Source: an uncultured delta proteobacterium
GTDB taxonomy: Bacteria > Desulfobacterota > Binatia > UBA9968
Direction of reading: 5' to 3'
NCBI GenBank assembly: GCA_963804165.1
Contig: CAWDPO010000011.1
Span: forward strand, 96,001-160,000
Length of the DNA stretch: 64,000 nucleotides
The position numbers and the translations under genes are program-made. Under the pieces are notes generated by a model. The model was not told the DNA's origin. It saw only the letters and a program-made list of their open reading frames with translations, and did not search any database. Positions 1-10,838 of this stretch are shown here, piece after piece (within the stretch, counting starts at the first letter, position 1; each line of letters begins with the position of its first letter).

Positions 1-245
1 AGCGGGAAAAAGAAGCGAGCGAGCTGCTCGCGAGTATCTGGAAATCGGATTACAAGATCGCCAACGATAGCTACCGCGCTTCGAAACCGGCCTTCACCGG
101 CACCGGCATTCCCAGCGAGGAAGAAATCAAAGAATACTTGACGCTGGATGCGCAGATCCTCGGCTTAGCGCAGCCGGTCGCGCCAGCGAGCGTGTTTGAT
201 TTCACGATGCAGCGCGAAATCAACAAGGAACTGGGGATCAAATAG
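1..245 (+). CDS. ABC transporter substrate-binding protein, NMT1/SsuA-like (3' end only)
   Basis: Frame from nt 3 reads ...YRASKPAFTGTGIPSEEEIKEY...VFDFTMQREINKELGIK*, similar to the VFDFS-type C-terminus of the binding protein at 1572-2519. Confidence 0.7.
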   Translation, partial: REKEASELLASIWKSDYKIANDSYRASKPAFTGTGIPSEEEIKEYLTLDAQILGLAQPVAPASVFDFTMQREINKELGIK

Positions 246-380
246 CGGATCGATTGAACCGATCCTGCCGAATAAGGTCAAGGCAATTTCACCGGAAGGG
301 TCGAAGCCCGCACTGCCGTTTTCGACTGCGGTTGATACATTCATTTCCACATTTTTACTCTAGAACCGGTTTGTTCAAGC

Positions 381-410
381 GTTGACTCCCATGCTGGGTC
401 AACCTATATC
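381..410 (+). promoter_or_regulatory. Putative sigma70 promoter overlapped by an inverted repeat
   Basis: TTGACT-17 nt-TATATC upstream of GGAGG and ATG 445; GTTGAC-N11-GTCAAC dyad spans the spacer. Confidence 0.35.
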
Positions 411-444
411 TAGGTGAACGCGATGGTGGAGGTTCGGAACGCTG

Positions 445-1486
445 ATGGCTAGTAAAACGATGAAATTCGGTTCGCATTATTTACCGACCTATATTCCCGA
501 TCTGGATGGACCGTTGCCCGAATTTTATCAAAAGATGTTCAGCCAGATGGAGGAGATGGATCGGCTCGGTTACGATCATATCTGGGTGACGGAGCATCAC
601 TTCGCGATGTACGGCGGCACGCTGCCCCATCCGCCGACATTCATGTCCGCCGTTGCGCGCAGCACCAAACGGATTCGGCTCGGTGTGGCGATCAACGTCC
701 TGCCGCTGCACAATCCGATCGACGTGGCCGAGTCCTACGCGATGGTCGACGTGATTTCCAACGGGAGATTGGAATTCGGCGTGGGCAAGGGCAGCGAAGG
801 GCATGAGTACAAAAAATTCGGCATGGATCAAAAAGAATCCACCGGCCGCATGTACGAAGGCGTTCAGGTCATGCTGCAAGCATGGTCCGACGAACCGGTG
901 AATTTTACGGGCGAGTTTTTTAACTATCAAAACGTGCCGGTCTATCCCAAACCGGTGCAGCGGCCCCATCCGCCGGTCTGGGTGGGCTGTGCCCGCTCCG
1001 AGGACTCCTTTCGCTGGGCGGGTGAAAACGGTTTTCACTTGATGACGCTGCCTTATCTGTATCGCGAGGCGCATATGTTGCCGAGCTTCATCAAGGTCTA
1101 CCGGGACGGTTTGACGAAATCCGGTCACGATACCGCGAAAACCGACATCCTCGGCAAATTTCATATTTACGTATCGAGCAGTCTCGAGCAGGCAATGGAA
1201 GAAGCCGGAACCATATATCACTTCCTATTACGATGTTCATCGCGCCGCTGATCCGAACCGGAAGGAAGCAGGTCTGCTCTTGCAGCGCGATACCATGACG
1301 CAATTGGAGCAGGGGTTCGTGCTTGCCGGCGACCCCAAGCGCGTCGCCGACAGCATTCGTAAATGGAGCGAGGAAGTCGGGTTAACGACGATCTCCGGCA
1401 CGTTTTACTTCGGCGGCATGCCGCAGGAGATGGCGATGAAGAATATTCGGCTATTCGCGGAAAAAGTCATGCCGGAATTTAGATGA
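445..1486 (+). CDS. LLM class flavin-dependent oxidoreductase (frameshift near 1207)
   Basis: WVTEHHF, RIRLG, GRLEFGVGKG, PKPVQRPHPPVW motifs; removing one G at ~1207 gives EAEPYITSYYDVH... continuous with ...IRLFAEKVMPEFR*. Confidence 0.9.
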
Positions 1487-1571
1487 AGAGAAGAACTTGA
1501 TCCCCAAGAACACAAAACTACCAAAAGCGTGATCCAAACCCGCCCTTCTTTTAAACCTTATTTGATATTGT

Positions 1572-2519
1572 CTAGCGCGTGGGCAAGTAAGAAAAATCGA
1601 AGACCTGATTTGCCGCGATCTCTTTCGTGATGCCTTCGGTCTGGCGGGCGTCGCGGATCGTATCGGCGATTAAGGTGGCGTCGACCCTGCCGTCCGGAGT
1701 CTCGACTTGTTTGTGCTGGTCGTAAATTTTCCCAATCAGATCTTCGTCATCGATGCGCATGGCACGCTTCAGCACGGGTATCACCTTCGCTTTGTTCTCC
1801 TTAGCAAACATTCTTGCGCGGGTGAGTGCACGGGTTAGGCGCCGCACCTGTTCCGGTGATCGTTCGAGCGTCTCGCCCAGGGTGGCGACGCCGGTGCTCG
1901 GCAGGCGCACGAAGTTGCCGGAGAAACCTAAATTGTTAAGTCCTTCGCGATACGCAATAAAATTGTAAGGCGGATTGAGCAGGGCAGCTGCGATACGTCC
2001 AGTCTTCAGCGATGTGATCATGGCGCTCTGTCCGGCGATCGTGATGGTAGTGACTTGGTTGGGATCGATTTTCGACTGGCTGAGGATGCGCCGCATGATG
2101 ATATCTTGCAACCCACCGCGCGACGAAAGCGCGACCACTTTTCCCTTCAGTTCCACGATCGCGCCAATGCCAGGCGCGCCGACGAGATCCTGTAACGGCC
2201 GGTCGACGAATAACATGACCGTCCGCACGTTGATGCCACGAATCGCCGCGGCGACAGCGGAACCGATAGTCGCAGCGTATTGGATTTCACCCGCGAGCAG
2301 CACTTTGATATTGAGTGAAGCGGGCATGACCACCATCTCGGCGTTCAGCCCTTCTTGTTGAAAGAAGCCATGCTCCTTGGCGACGAAAAATGGCATCGCC
2401 GTGATGGTCACCGACGGCAGGCCGATTTTGATGTTCTCGGCGGAGGCGGGCTGAAGAACGATTATGCCTAGAAGGAGAATGAGGATCAGAAATACGGGGA
2501 CGAGGCGTCGGTATCGCGC
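1572..2519 (-). CDS. ABC transporter substrate-binding protein, NMT1/SsuA-like (start codon unclear)
   Basis: PFFVAKEHGFFQQEGL, ELKGKVVA motifs; frame stays open upstream of the listed ORF through signal peptide RYRRLVPVFLILILLLGIIVLQPASA-ENIKIG. Confidence 0.85.
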   Translation of the reverse strand, partial: ARYRRLVPVFLILILLLGIIVLQPASAENIKIGLPSVTITAMPFFVAKEHGFFQQEGLNAEMVVMPASLNIKVLLAGEIQYAATIGSAVAAAIRGINVRTVMLFVDRPLQDLVGAPGIGAIVELKGKVVALSSRGGLQDIIMRRILSQSKIDPNQVTTITIAGQSAMITSLKTGRIAAALLNPPYNFIAYREGLNNLGFSGNFVRLPSTGVATLGETLERSPEQVRRLTRALTRARMFAKENKAKVIPVLKRAMRIDDEDLIGKIYDQHKQVETPDGRVDATLIADTIRDARQTEGITKEIAANQVFDFSYLPTR

Positions 2520-2520
2520 T

Positions 2521-2617
2521 CTTACCTCCTCTCCCTTGACGGGAGAGGAATGAGGTAAGGGTGATCTGTCTTCGCGGCGCCCCTCACCCTTGCCCTCTCC
2601 TGCGAGGGGAGAGGGTA
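2521..2617. repeat. REP-like double hairpin, family C (CCCTCACCC..CTCTCCC/GGGAGAGG)
   Basis: CCTCTCCCttgacGGGAGAGG and CCCTCTCCtgcgaggGGAGAGGG in inverted arrangement; related copies at 24596, 33122 and 59805. Confidence 0.75.
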
Positions 2618-2660
2618 AATCCTTTTATGAGCTTGCGTGATCATCATCGCTAAATCCGAT

Positions 2661-3756
2661 TTAATCCAGCAGATAGAGGCGGCGCGCGTTGTCGTTCAGA
2701 ATCTTGCGCTTGGTCGCGTCGCTCAATGTTCGATGATTCACGATCGGCTCCGAGGCGCCGGGAAAGCGGCTGTCGAAATGGCTGTAGTCGGAAGCGAAGA
2801 CGATCCAGTCGTCGCCGACGACCTCGACACATGCGTCAGCTCTTTTTCTTCCGGTTCGCAGGAGAAGTAAAGTTGTCCGCGCTCCAAGAGTTTGCTCGGC
2901 TCCGTCTTCAGGGCCGGCAATTGCACGCCGAGCACTTCGTAATGCTCGTCCATTCTTTCGAGCCAGTAGGGAATCCAGCCGCAGCCGGATTCCAAGAAAA
3001 CAAAGCGTAGTTTGGGAAAGCGATCGAGCACGCCTTCGCCGATGATGACCGAGAGTGCGATCATCTGCTCGAAGGGGTGGCCGAAAAGATGCGAGTAGAA
3101 AAACTTATCGACGCGCTCGGTGCCGGTGGCGTCGGAGCCGTAGCGGCCGAGGAACATGTGCACGCAGATCGCCACGTTGAGCTTCTCGGCTTCGGCGTAA
3201 AGTGGAAAGTAATAGGGATCGCCGAGATGGCGACCTTTGACGTTGGGAAAGAGCGACGCTCCGACAAAGCCCAGTTCTTTCACGCTACGGTGCAGCTCTT
3301 CGACGCTGGCGTTGATGTCCTGTTGCGCCAGCGCTGCGGTGCCTTTTATTCGTTTGGGATTCTCCGCGCAGTATTCCGCGAGCCACGTGTTACGCGCCGT
3401 CGCGAGCGCGGCAGCGAGACCCGCATCGTCCAAAGCCGGAAGCGTGCCCGCGAGTCCGGCGCCGAAAAGCACGGCGACGTCGATGTGCTCGCTGTCCATG
3501 TCGACGAGCCGCGCTTAGGATCCGTCATACCAGGACGGCGCGGATGCGGCCGGCTGTACGGGCCGCCGACGCCGATGCCCAAGCCGTTGGGTCTCGGCCA
3601 AGCTTTACCTTCGATGATCGTCCTGAGTTGGCCGTTGCCGCTCGGGCGTCGGTCGGGAGCCTGGCTTTTATATTTGTCGGGTAAGCGTTCCTTCCAATCG
3701 ATATGGTTTTCTTCGAGATGGCCGTCGGCGTCAACGGTAGGAAATAAATTCGCCAT
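2661..3756 (-). CDS. Amidohydrolase_2 family protein (frameshifts near 3515 and 2828)
   Basis: VDADGHLEE, RLVDMDSEHID, ICVH, FLESGCGWIPYWLERMDEH; after the second shift it reads IVFASDYSHFD...KILNDNARRLYLLD*. Confidence 0.88.
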
Positions 3757-3778
3757 GAATATTCCTCCGCATTCAATC

Positions 3779-4810
3779 TTACGTGTCCAACAGTGACGGG
3801 AAGAAAACTTCTTCGATCTTCGCGAGTCGGCGCGTCAAGCCTTGCTCGTGGGAGTTCTGAAACAACATTTCGAGCATTTTTCGATTTGCACTCACGCCGA
3901 ACGGGAATGGATCTTCGCCGAAGGCCGCCGCTTGAGCCTTGCGATCGTTACTTTCGAAGTACAGATACGCAGGGCTGCCGAAATCTCTCCTTTCATATGC
4001 GGCTTGTTTGCTCTCGCTAAAAATTTTATACAGCTCACCCGCCAGCCAGGGGTTCTCCTCCAGTAAGCGACGCTGCGCGACGATGCCGTGATTTGCCGGG
4101 ACAATGCCGGTTTTTTTGTGGAACGCTTCCACGACCGAACGCCCGCCGTCGGCGAAATAATTTTTTCAAGCGCGGATTACCTTCGAGCTGCGTGCCGCCG
4201 TAGCGGTCGATATTCAGCGTGAACAGCTTTGGATCATGGCGCGGCGCAAAGCCGTAGGCGGCGTCGATCTCGCCGCGGTCGAGCATGACGTCGAAGGTCT
4301 GCTGCGGCCGTAAGCCAAGTCAAGGAAACCCCGGGTGGCCGGACTGTCCACGCCAAGCGCACCGCCGTGGCTCAGGTCCTGGGTGCGCCCGATGAACCAC
4401 GAAACGTCGCGCGGATGGATGCCGTAAAGTTCACGCAAAAAAACCCTAAACCAAAGCGCGGCGGTCATCACATAATCAGGCACGCCGACACGCTTGCCGC
4501 GCAAATCCGACAGATCATTGATTTTGGCGGCAGTGCTTGCGAAAAGCCCGAGCCAGACGAACGCTTTGGCTGGAAAGATCGGCAACGCTGCCCATTGCCA
4601 ACGATCGCTCGGCGCATTTTCGCGGGTAATAAGATACTCGGAAAGGGACATTTCGAAAACATCGAACTCGTCGTTTTTGAGATTGCGGTAAAAAAGCTCC
4701 GGCGGCGTCGTGACGACGATATTGAGATCAGTTTCGGGCGATTTGATCGTACCGTCGATGAGCGGTTCGAAGCGGGGATTCTTGGTGATGCCGAGTTTGA
4801 GTTGAAGCAT
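3779..4810 (-). CDS. 4,5-dihydroxyphthalate decarboxylase-like protein (three frameshifts)
   Basis: PELFYR..FDVFEMSLSEY, ALPIFP, DLRGKRVGVPDYVMTAALW, MLDRGEIDA, GIVPANH, DPFPFGVSANR, HEQGL; no signal peptide; shifts near 4340, 4305 and 4155. Confidence 0.75.
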
Positions 4811-5032
4811 GGGTCAATTTCGCATCCTTTGTTTTTATCTTACATACGATGAGCCGGCGGACCACGTCAAACTCGGAGTTTTCTCTGAGCGAATCGGCCC
4901 AATGGCTGAAGGGCAGAGAAGAAGAGGGCGCTCGCGATACGGTGCCGCTACAAAGGGGATAGACCGGCGAGACCGATTACCTTCGACTCGCCGATGATAT
5001 TTAGAGAACTTGCCTCGTCAGCGCGCGAACGC

Positions 5033-5841
5033 CTAGGATTGATTCTGTATCCTGAAATGCTGCTCGGGCACAGGATAGCCGGCGGCGCCGAAGGTTTCGC
5101 GAATCACTTTGTTGGTGTCGAAGTAAACTTGCCAGTAGTGATCGGTGTGGCAATAAGGGCGAACGGCGAGCACGGGACCGTTGAAATTGAATTCCAGGAC
5201 TTCGACATCCGGCGCCGGGTCGGCGATGGCCTTCGGAACTTTGCTGACCCGTTCTTTGAGCAGCTTGATCGGTTCGTTGTGATCCACCGAGTGCGCCAAT
5301 TGCGCTTTGAGATCGACGCGGCGATACGGGATTGGCGGAAAAATTCTGAATCGTGTCAGAGAAGATTTTGTTTGCCGATCATGGTCAGCACGTTGTCCGG
5401 TGTGTTGAGCGCGGTGACAAACAGGCCGACTTCCTTCACCGTACCGGTAATTCCGCCCACCGTCACGAAATCGCCAACTTTGAATGGGCGGAGCACCACC
5501 ATGAACGCGCCAGCGGCAAAATTCGCCAACAAGCCGCTCCAGGCCATGCCGATGGCGATACCGGCAGCAGCAAGGATCGCGGCAAAACTGGTTGTCTCGA
5601 CGCCGAAGTAACCGAGAATCGCCACAACCAAAATGATATTCAGAGTGACGGAGATAACCGTGCCAATATAGCGCAGCAGCGTCGGATCGACCTTTTGGCG
5701 CTCGAGGGCGGAGGACACCAAGCGAATAGCAAAACTGATGAGCCAGCGGCCGATCAGATAAAAGACGATCGCGCCGACCACCTTGAATCCCACGAGTATG
5801 ACGACGTCGATAATCGTTTGCATGGTTTTATTCACGTCCAT
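5033..5841 (-). CDS. mscS: Small-conductance mechanosensitive channel (frameshifts near 5370 and 5328)
   Basis: Three TM segments, GIAIGMAWSGLLANFAAG, RPFKVGDFV, GTVKEVGLFVT, and PYRRVDL in the bridging frame. Confidence 0.88.
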
Positions 5842-6090
5842 TGTGTTGCCCTCCCGCGAACTAAAGTACTATCGCTCCCAACCGGAAGCAAATTCTGCGT
5901 TTGAAATGTTGATGAAATAAAAAGCCGCGCCCGCCGGTGGTCGACAATGAAAGTATTCTGTTGAAACGATCCGGCTTGGTTCGTAAGGGTTGCCAGCCCA
6001 TAGCGGATCAAGATGCTTCCTGATTGGACATTGGCCAGTCCATCAGGTAAGAGAGGACAGTTTGCCATCTCGGTGTCTTGGAGGTCGTCT

Positions 6091-6978
6091 ATGAAAATCT
6101 GTCATTACAACAACAATCAAGCAGGCGTGGTCGTGGGCGATCAAGTCTATAATATCGGTGACGCACTGATCAAAGCCGGCCTGGCGCGGCAGGGTTACAC
6201 CATGCTCGAAATCATCGACGCTCTGGCGAATAATCCCGCGGCGATGCAGATTGCCCGCGATGCGGCGCAGGGCGGCGGCGCGATGGCGCTCAGTTCGGTG
6301 AAACTGCGGGCGCCGATCACCAATCCCGGATCGCTCTGGGCCGCCGCGGCGAACTACTATGCGCACCGCGCTGAAATGGTCGATCGCATGGGCAGCGCGA
6401 ACAAGGCGATCGTCAACAAAGATGATTTGATGGCGGAGTTTTTCCTGAAGACGACGTCTTCGATCATCGGTCCCGGTGACACGATCCTCTTGCCGAAGAT
6501 TTCCAAGTTGGTCGATTTCGAATGCGAGCTTTGCGCCGTGATCGGCAAGTGCGCGCGCAAGGTGAGCGAAGCGCAGTCGCTCGATCACGTGTTCGGTTAC
6601 ATGATCTGCTGGGATATCAGCCAGCGCGACCCCTGGGGCAAAGGAATGCATAACACGCGCAATATTCGCAAGGGCTTCGACACCTTTAGCGCTTTGGGGC
6701 CATGGATCGTGACCCGGGACGAAATCGACGAGCCGCAAAATCTTTCGATCAAAGTGTTGCAGAACGGCAAAGAAGCGATGACCGCGCACACGAGCGACAT
6801 GATTTGCGGCTTGCGCGAACACATTCGTTTTCTGTCGAGCTGCCTGACGCTTCGTCCGGGCGATTTGATCACCACCGGCACTCCGGCCGGAGTGAGCAAG
6901 CTCCATGATGGTGACCGCCTGCACGGCACGATCGAAAAAATCGGCAGCATGGAGCTCTTCGTCAAGGACGACGAATAG
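6091..6978 (+). CDS. Fumarylacetoacetate hydrolase family protein
   Basis: NYYAH, FFLK, VDFECEL, DISQRD, KGFDTF, PGDLITTGTPAGV; GGAGG upstream of ATG 6091. Confidence 0.92.
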   Translation: MKICHYNNNQAGVVVGDQVYNIGDALIKAGLARQGYTMLEIIDALANNPAAMQIARDAAQGGGAMALSSVKLRAPITNPGSLWAAAANYYAHRAEMVDRMGSANKAIVNKDDLMAEFFLKTTSSIIGPGDTILLPKISKLVDFECELCAVIGKCARKVSEAQSLDHVFGYMICWDISQRDPWGKGMHNTRNIRKGFDTFSALGPWIVTRDEIDEPQNLSIKVLQNGKEAMTAHTSDMICGLREHIRFLSSCLTLRPGDLITTGTPAGVSKLHDGDRLHGTIEKIGSMELFVKDDE

Positions 6979-7004
6979 TTTGTTAGCTTTCGCCGAGGAG
7001 TCTT

Positions 7005-8115
7005 ATGTCAGCCGCGCCTAAAGCCAATCCACCTATCCGTACCTTGCTTGGTCCGGGACCGAGCCCGGTAAGCCCGCGCGTGCTCGCAGCCCTGGGGCTT
7101 CCCGTCGTCGGCCATCTGGATCCGAAGTTTCTAGAGATCATGGATCAGAGCATGGCGATGCTGCGCGAAGTCTTTCAAACCAAGAATCGTTTAGCGCTGC
7201 CAATGTCCGGCACGGGCAGCGCGGGAATGGAAACCTGTTTCGTCCAATCTCGTCGAGCCCGGCGACGCCGTGTTGGTCGGCATCAACGGTGTCTTCGGCA
7301 CGCGCATGGTCGACGTCGCGCAGCGCTGCGGCGCGCAGGTGGATACGGTTGAGGCGGAGTGGGGCACCGCGCTCGATGCGCAGAAGTTCAAGGACGCGCT
7401 CGGAAAAAGGCAATATAAGCTCGCCGCCGTGGTGCATGCGGAGACCTCCACGGGCGTGCTCCAGCCGCTCGACGATATCGCCAAAATAGCTCGCGAGAGC
7501 GGCGCCCTACTGTTGGTCGACGCCGTAACGTCGCTCGGCGGGGCGCCGGTGCGGGTCGACGAGCTCGGTATCGACGCCTGTTACAGCGGCACGCAGAAGT
7601 GCTTGGGCTGCCCGCCGGGTTTATCGCCGGTAACGTTCAACGAACGCGCGGTCGAAGTTGTCCGTAAACGCAAAACCAAAGTCCAAAGCTGGTACCTCGA
7701 CCTGTCCATGATCGAGAAATATTGGGGCAGCGAGCGGGTTTACCATCACACCGCACCGATCTCGATGAACTACGCGCTGCACGAAGCTTTGCGCATCGTG
7801 CTCGAAGAAGGTTTGGAGAAAGCCTGGCAGCGTCACCGGCAGGTGCACGAAACGTTCGTTCGCGAGATGCGCAAGCTCGAGCTCGAGCCGGCGGTCGCCG
7901 AAGCGATCCGCGCGCCGATGATCAACGCCGTGAAAATCCCCGAAGGTGTCGATGATCCGAAGGTCCGCCAGCGTTTATATGATGACTTCGACATCGAGAT
8001 CGGCGCCGGCCTGGGTCCGCTCAAGGGTAAAATTTGGCGCGTCGGCTTGATGGGCCACGGCGCGCGGATAGAAAGCATCGAGATTCTCTCCAGGGCGTTA
8101 AAGCAGCTGCTGTAG
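7005..8115 (+). CDS. Alanine/serine-glyoxylate aminotransferase family, class V PLP enzyme (frameshift near 7244)
   Basis: [37 protein letters not shown] (PLP Lys), YHHT, WRVGLMG. Confidence 0.92.
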
Positions 8116-8150
8116 CAGCCCATTGCGATTTCATTCGATATTCACCGCGA

Positions 8151-8175
8151 GGGCGACCGGCCGGTCGCCCCTACA
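8151..8175 (-). repeat. GTAG-foot REP, family A
   Basis: Perfect palindrome GGGCGACCGG|CCGGTCGCCC followed by CTAC, between convergent genes. Confidence 0.8.
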
Positions 8176-8191
8176 ATTGTTCAGTTGGGAA

Positions 8192-9160
8192 TCACGGATA
8201 CAGCTTCGCGACCCACTCACCGTAGCCATTGTAAGGCAACGTTGCGCGGCGCTCGCCGGTATCGATTAGTTTTTCCGTTGCCTGGGACCAGCGCGGGTGC
8301 GGTATGTCGGGACGCACGTTGGCGACAAAATCATATTCCTCAGGCCGGTTGCTATTCCAGAACGTCCGCGGCCTGTCCGCCGTGAATTCGATCCGCACGA
8401 TCGATTTGATGCTCTTGAAGCCGTATTTCCAAGGCACCACCAGACGCAACGGCGCGCCATGTTGCTTCGGCAAGGGGTGACCATAAATCCCCGTCGCGAG
8501 TAAGGTCAGTTCGTTCATCGCTTCCGCCATGGAAAGTCCCTCGCTGTACGGCCACGGTCCCTTTGATGGATTTTGATTGGTTGCGATTTCCGGTTTCATG
8601 AAGGTTACGAAGCGCACGTACTTGGCCGCTGAAAGCGGCTGTACTTTGTCGATAAAATCTTTCATCGGTATACCGGTCCATGGCACGGCCATCGCCCAGG
8701 CTTCGACGCAGCGGAAACGGTAAAGTCGTTCTTCGAGAGGCAGCGCGCGAACGAGTTCATCGATGTCGAAGACGCGCGGTTTCTCGACCAGGCCGGCGAC
8801 GTCGATTTGCCAGGGCGACGTAGTGAGCCGTCGGGCCTTCTGATAAACGCCGCGTTTGAAAACGCTGAACTCGTAGAAATTATTGTACGATGCTGCGTAA
8901 ATCTCTTCGGTGAGCGGCCGATCGAGAACGAATTGCGCGTTGCGACGGGCCGGATAGCGGTCGACGGCCGGCGGCTTTTCCTGTGCGCCAAGGACTGGCG
9001 CATCTTGGGCAGGTCCGCACGCCCAATTGGCGCCTGCGGCCAAGCCGAGACCCAACAAACCGGTTGTTTTGAGAAGTAGACGACGCTGGCGGAAGATCGA
9101 TTCCGGGGTAGCTCGTGGTTCCGCGATCCGCCACGGTTGGCGTCCGATGATAGGTACCAT
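8192..9160 (-). CDS. msrP: Protein-methionine-sulfoxide reductase catalytic subunit
   Basis: Tat-like RRLLLK, YNNFYEF, RFRCVEAWAM (Mo-ligand Cys), GAPLRLVVPWKYGFKSIKSI, HPRWSQATE, YNGYG. Confidence 0.95.
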   Translation of the reverse strand: MVPIIGRQPWRIAEPRATPESIFRQRRLLLKTTGLLGLGLAAGANWACGPAQDAPVLGAQEKPPAVDRYPARRNAQFVLDRPLTEEIYAASYNNFYEFSVFKRGVYQKARRLTTSPWQIDVAGLVEKPRVFDIDELVRALPLEERLYRFRCVEAWAMAVPWTGIPMKDFIDKVQPLSAAKYVRFVTFMKPEIATNQNPSKGPWPYSEGLSMAEAMNELTLLATGIYGHPLPKQHGAPLRLVVPWKYGFKSIKSIVRIEFTADRPRTFWNSNRPEEYDFVANVRPDIPHPRWSQATEKLIDTGERRATLPYNGYGEWVAKLYP

Positions 9161-9304
9161 GGTCGTCGAAGAGGGATCGCTTGCAGCGAATGTAGCGATT
9201 GTACTCAGCGCGGTGCGGAGCTACAACCACGCCAGCAGACAAAGCGCGATTGCCGGATCTTGGTAGCTTGACGGAAGAGTGTTCGATCGATCGCGATGCG
9301 CGGC

Positions 9305-10261
9305 TTAGTTGTGTGCGACTTCGAGGGGAGTGACGAATTCTTTGCGAATGAAACCGATGGGTCCGTTGCCGGCGGAGCGCACTTCGAGCCAGTCGCCCTG
9401 TTTCTGCAGCACGGTGACCTTCGTGCCGATGGTGAAGGTCGTCAATGTCGGAGAAGAGAAATTCGGATCCTTGCGCAACGAGGTTGCATATTTGATGCGA
9501 AATTCTCTTCCCTCGGATTTCCCCGGCGTCGCGAGATTGGCCTTGGACGCAGCCATCGGTCCGGGCTTTGGCGAGGCGATCGTCGGGGCAGGACTTTGGG
9601 CCGCGTTTGCCGGGCGGGTTGACGCTGCCTCGCCGACGATGCGGGCCGGCGTCGGGGCGTCATTCAAATTGGCCAAGGATTTTTCCCACTGAACCAAAGA
9701 GGTAATGTCCATTCCTTCGTGCACGAAGAGCAGCGGACAAATCACGTTCAGTTGATCCGAAATGAGTTCGGCGAACGACCACTTCGCGGCTTCGGCGAGA
9801 ATCGCCTTTTTAAATTCGCCGTCATTGATGCGCGCTGACATTTCTCTCACTTGCTGGACTTCTCCGGAAGGAGTGACGCTAAACTGCACCGTCATGCTGC
9901 CGGCGAGGTTAGGATTTTTTGCGACCTCGCCGCGGTAGATCTCGCGCATGCCCTGCAATTGGTTTTCGATGCGCACGGCGATTTTGTTGGCGTCGCCCGG
10001 GCTATCCTTGGCCGCCTTAGCGCTAAATCCAAGCTCCCGCGCGAAGTAAACCATATTACCAAGCGCGAAATTCGTCGCGCGCGCCGGTTTACTGAGATCC
10101 CGCCGCACGACGGGGTTCGCTCCCGCCGATGCTTCCTTCTTCGGCGATTCGGTTCCTATGCCAAAACCGAAATAAATGATCCCGAGTCCAACCAAGCAAC
10201 TGATGACTCCAGTGAGACCCTTGATACCCAGCGGCCAATCCTGACTGACGTTCTTCATCAT
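9305..10261 (-). CDS. Membrane-anchored AgmX/PglI-type TonB-C-like domain plus C-terminal SH3b domain protein
   Basis: N-terminal TM; IYRGEVAKNPNLAGSMTVQFSVTPSGEV; Pro/Ala linker; LRKDPN..GTKVTVL..GDWLEV..GFI. Confidence 0.7.
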   Translation of the reverse strand: MMKNVSQDWPLGIKGLTGVISCLVGLGIIYFGFGIGTESPKKEASAGANPVVRRDLSKPARATNFALGNMVYFARELGFSAKAAKDSPGDANKIAVRIENQLQGMREIYRGEVAKNPNLAGSMTVQFSVTPSGEVQQVREMSARINDGEFKKAILAEAAKWSFAELISDQLNVICPLLFVHEGMDITSLVQWEKSLANLNDAPTPARIVGEAASTRPANAAQSPAPTIASPKPGPMAASKANLATPGKSEGREFRIKYATSLRKDPNFSSPTLTTFTIGTKVTVLQKQGDWLEVRSAGNGPIGFIRKEFVTPLEVAHN

Positions 10262-10769
10262 TAAATGGATGCTCCCAAAGATTGTTGAACCACGGGTGGC
10301 AAAAGCAAGTTTTGTACCTCCGAGCATCCGCCGTTTGTGCCAAAGGACCCGCGTGCAGTTATCCCCGCAGTCGTTGACACGGGAGCGTACTTTATGGAGC
10401 ATGGAAATCTTTTGCCGCCTCGCAACTCGGCAAGGCTGTCTGCAAATGTCATAGGCATGCGGATCCGCGCTAAGGACGGGAATGAGGCGGCTGAACAGTT
10501 TTCGACGAGGTGAACGAATTTTGCGGATTGCATCTGCCACGTCAGAGAATCGGGCGATCGGATGACAACGGTGGTTTTGACCGCTGCGGGGAGTCGGCAA
10601 GACGAGTGAAAGTCAGCGCCCAGTTACGCGATGCTTGGTTTCGCTCTGCATCATCGACCGGCGGCGCGCCGAATTGTTCTACATAAGAGCTGCACAAGCA
10701 TGCCATGAGCACCCGGCTGGCTCTCACTGCTTGCACAGATTCTCGCTGCGCGTTTTAGGCGGCGCTCAC

Positions 10770-10798
10770 TTGAACGCGGTCCGGTCGCGGTCTAATAT
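10770..10798 (+). promoter_or_regulatory. Putative sigma70 promoter
   Basis: TTGAAC-17 nt-TAATAT, 40 nt upstream of ATG 10839 which has an AGGAGG RBS. Confidence 0.5.
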
Positions 10799-10838
10799 GG
10801 CGCCGCGTTAGGACCGTTACACTCGACGAGGAGGGATT

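Noticed and set aside
1495-1530. Possible further degenerate repeat family (also near 33190, 38465, 43515, 59670)
   Set aside because: Copies are too divergent to align convincingly by eye
2661-7300. Programmed frameshifting or phase variation
   Set aside because: Indels are numerous, in unrelated genes, and lack slippery heptamers or long repeat tracts
10688-10705. Sigma54-like boxes here (minus strand) and near 54737
   Set aside because: GG-to-GC spacing is 9 and 11 nt rather than 10
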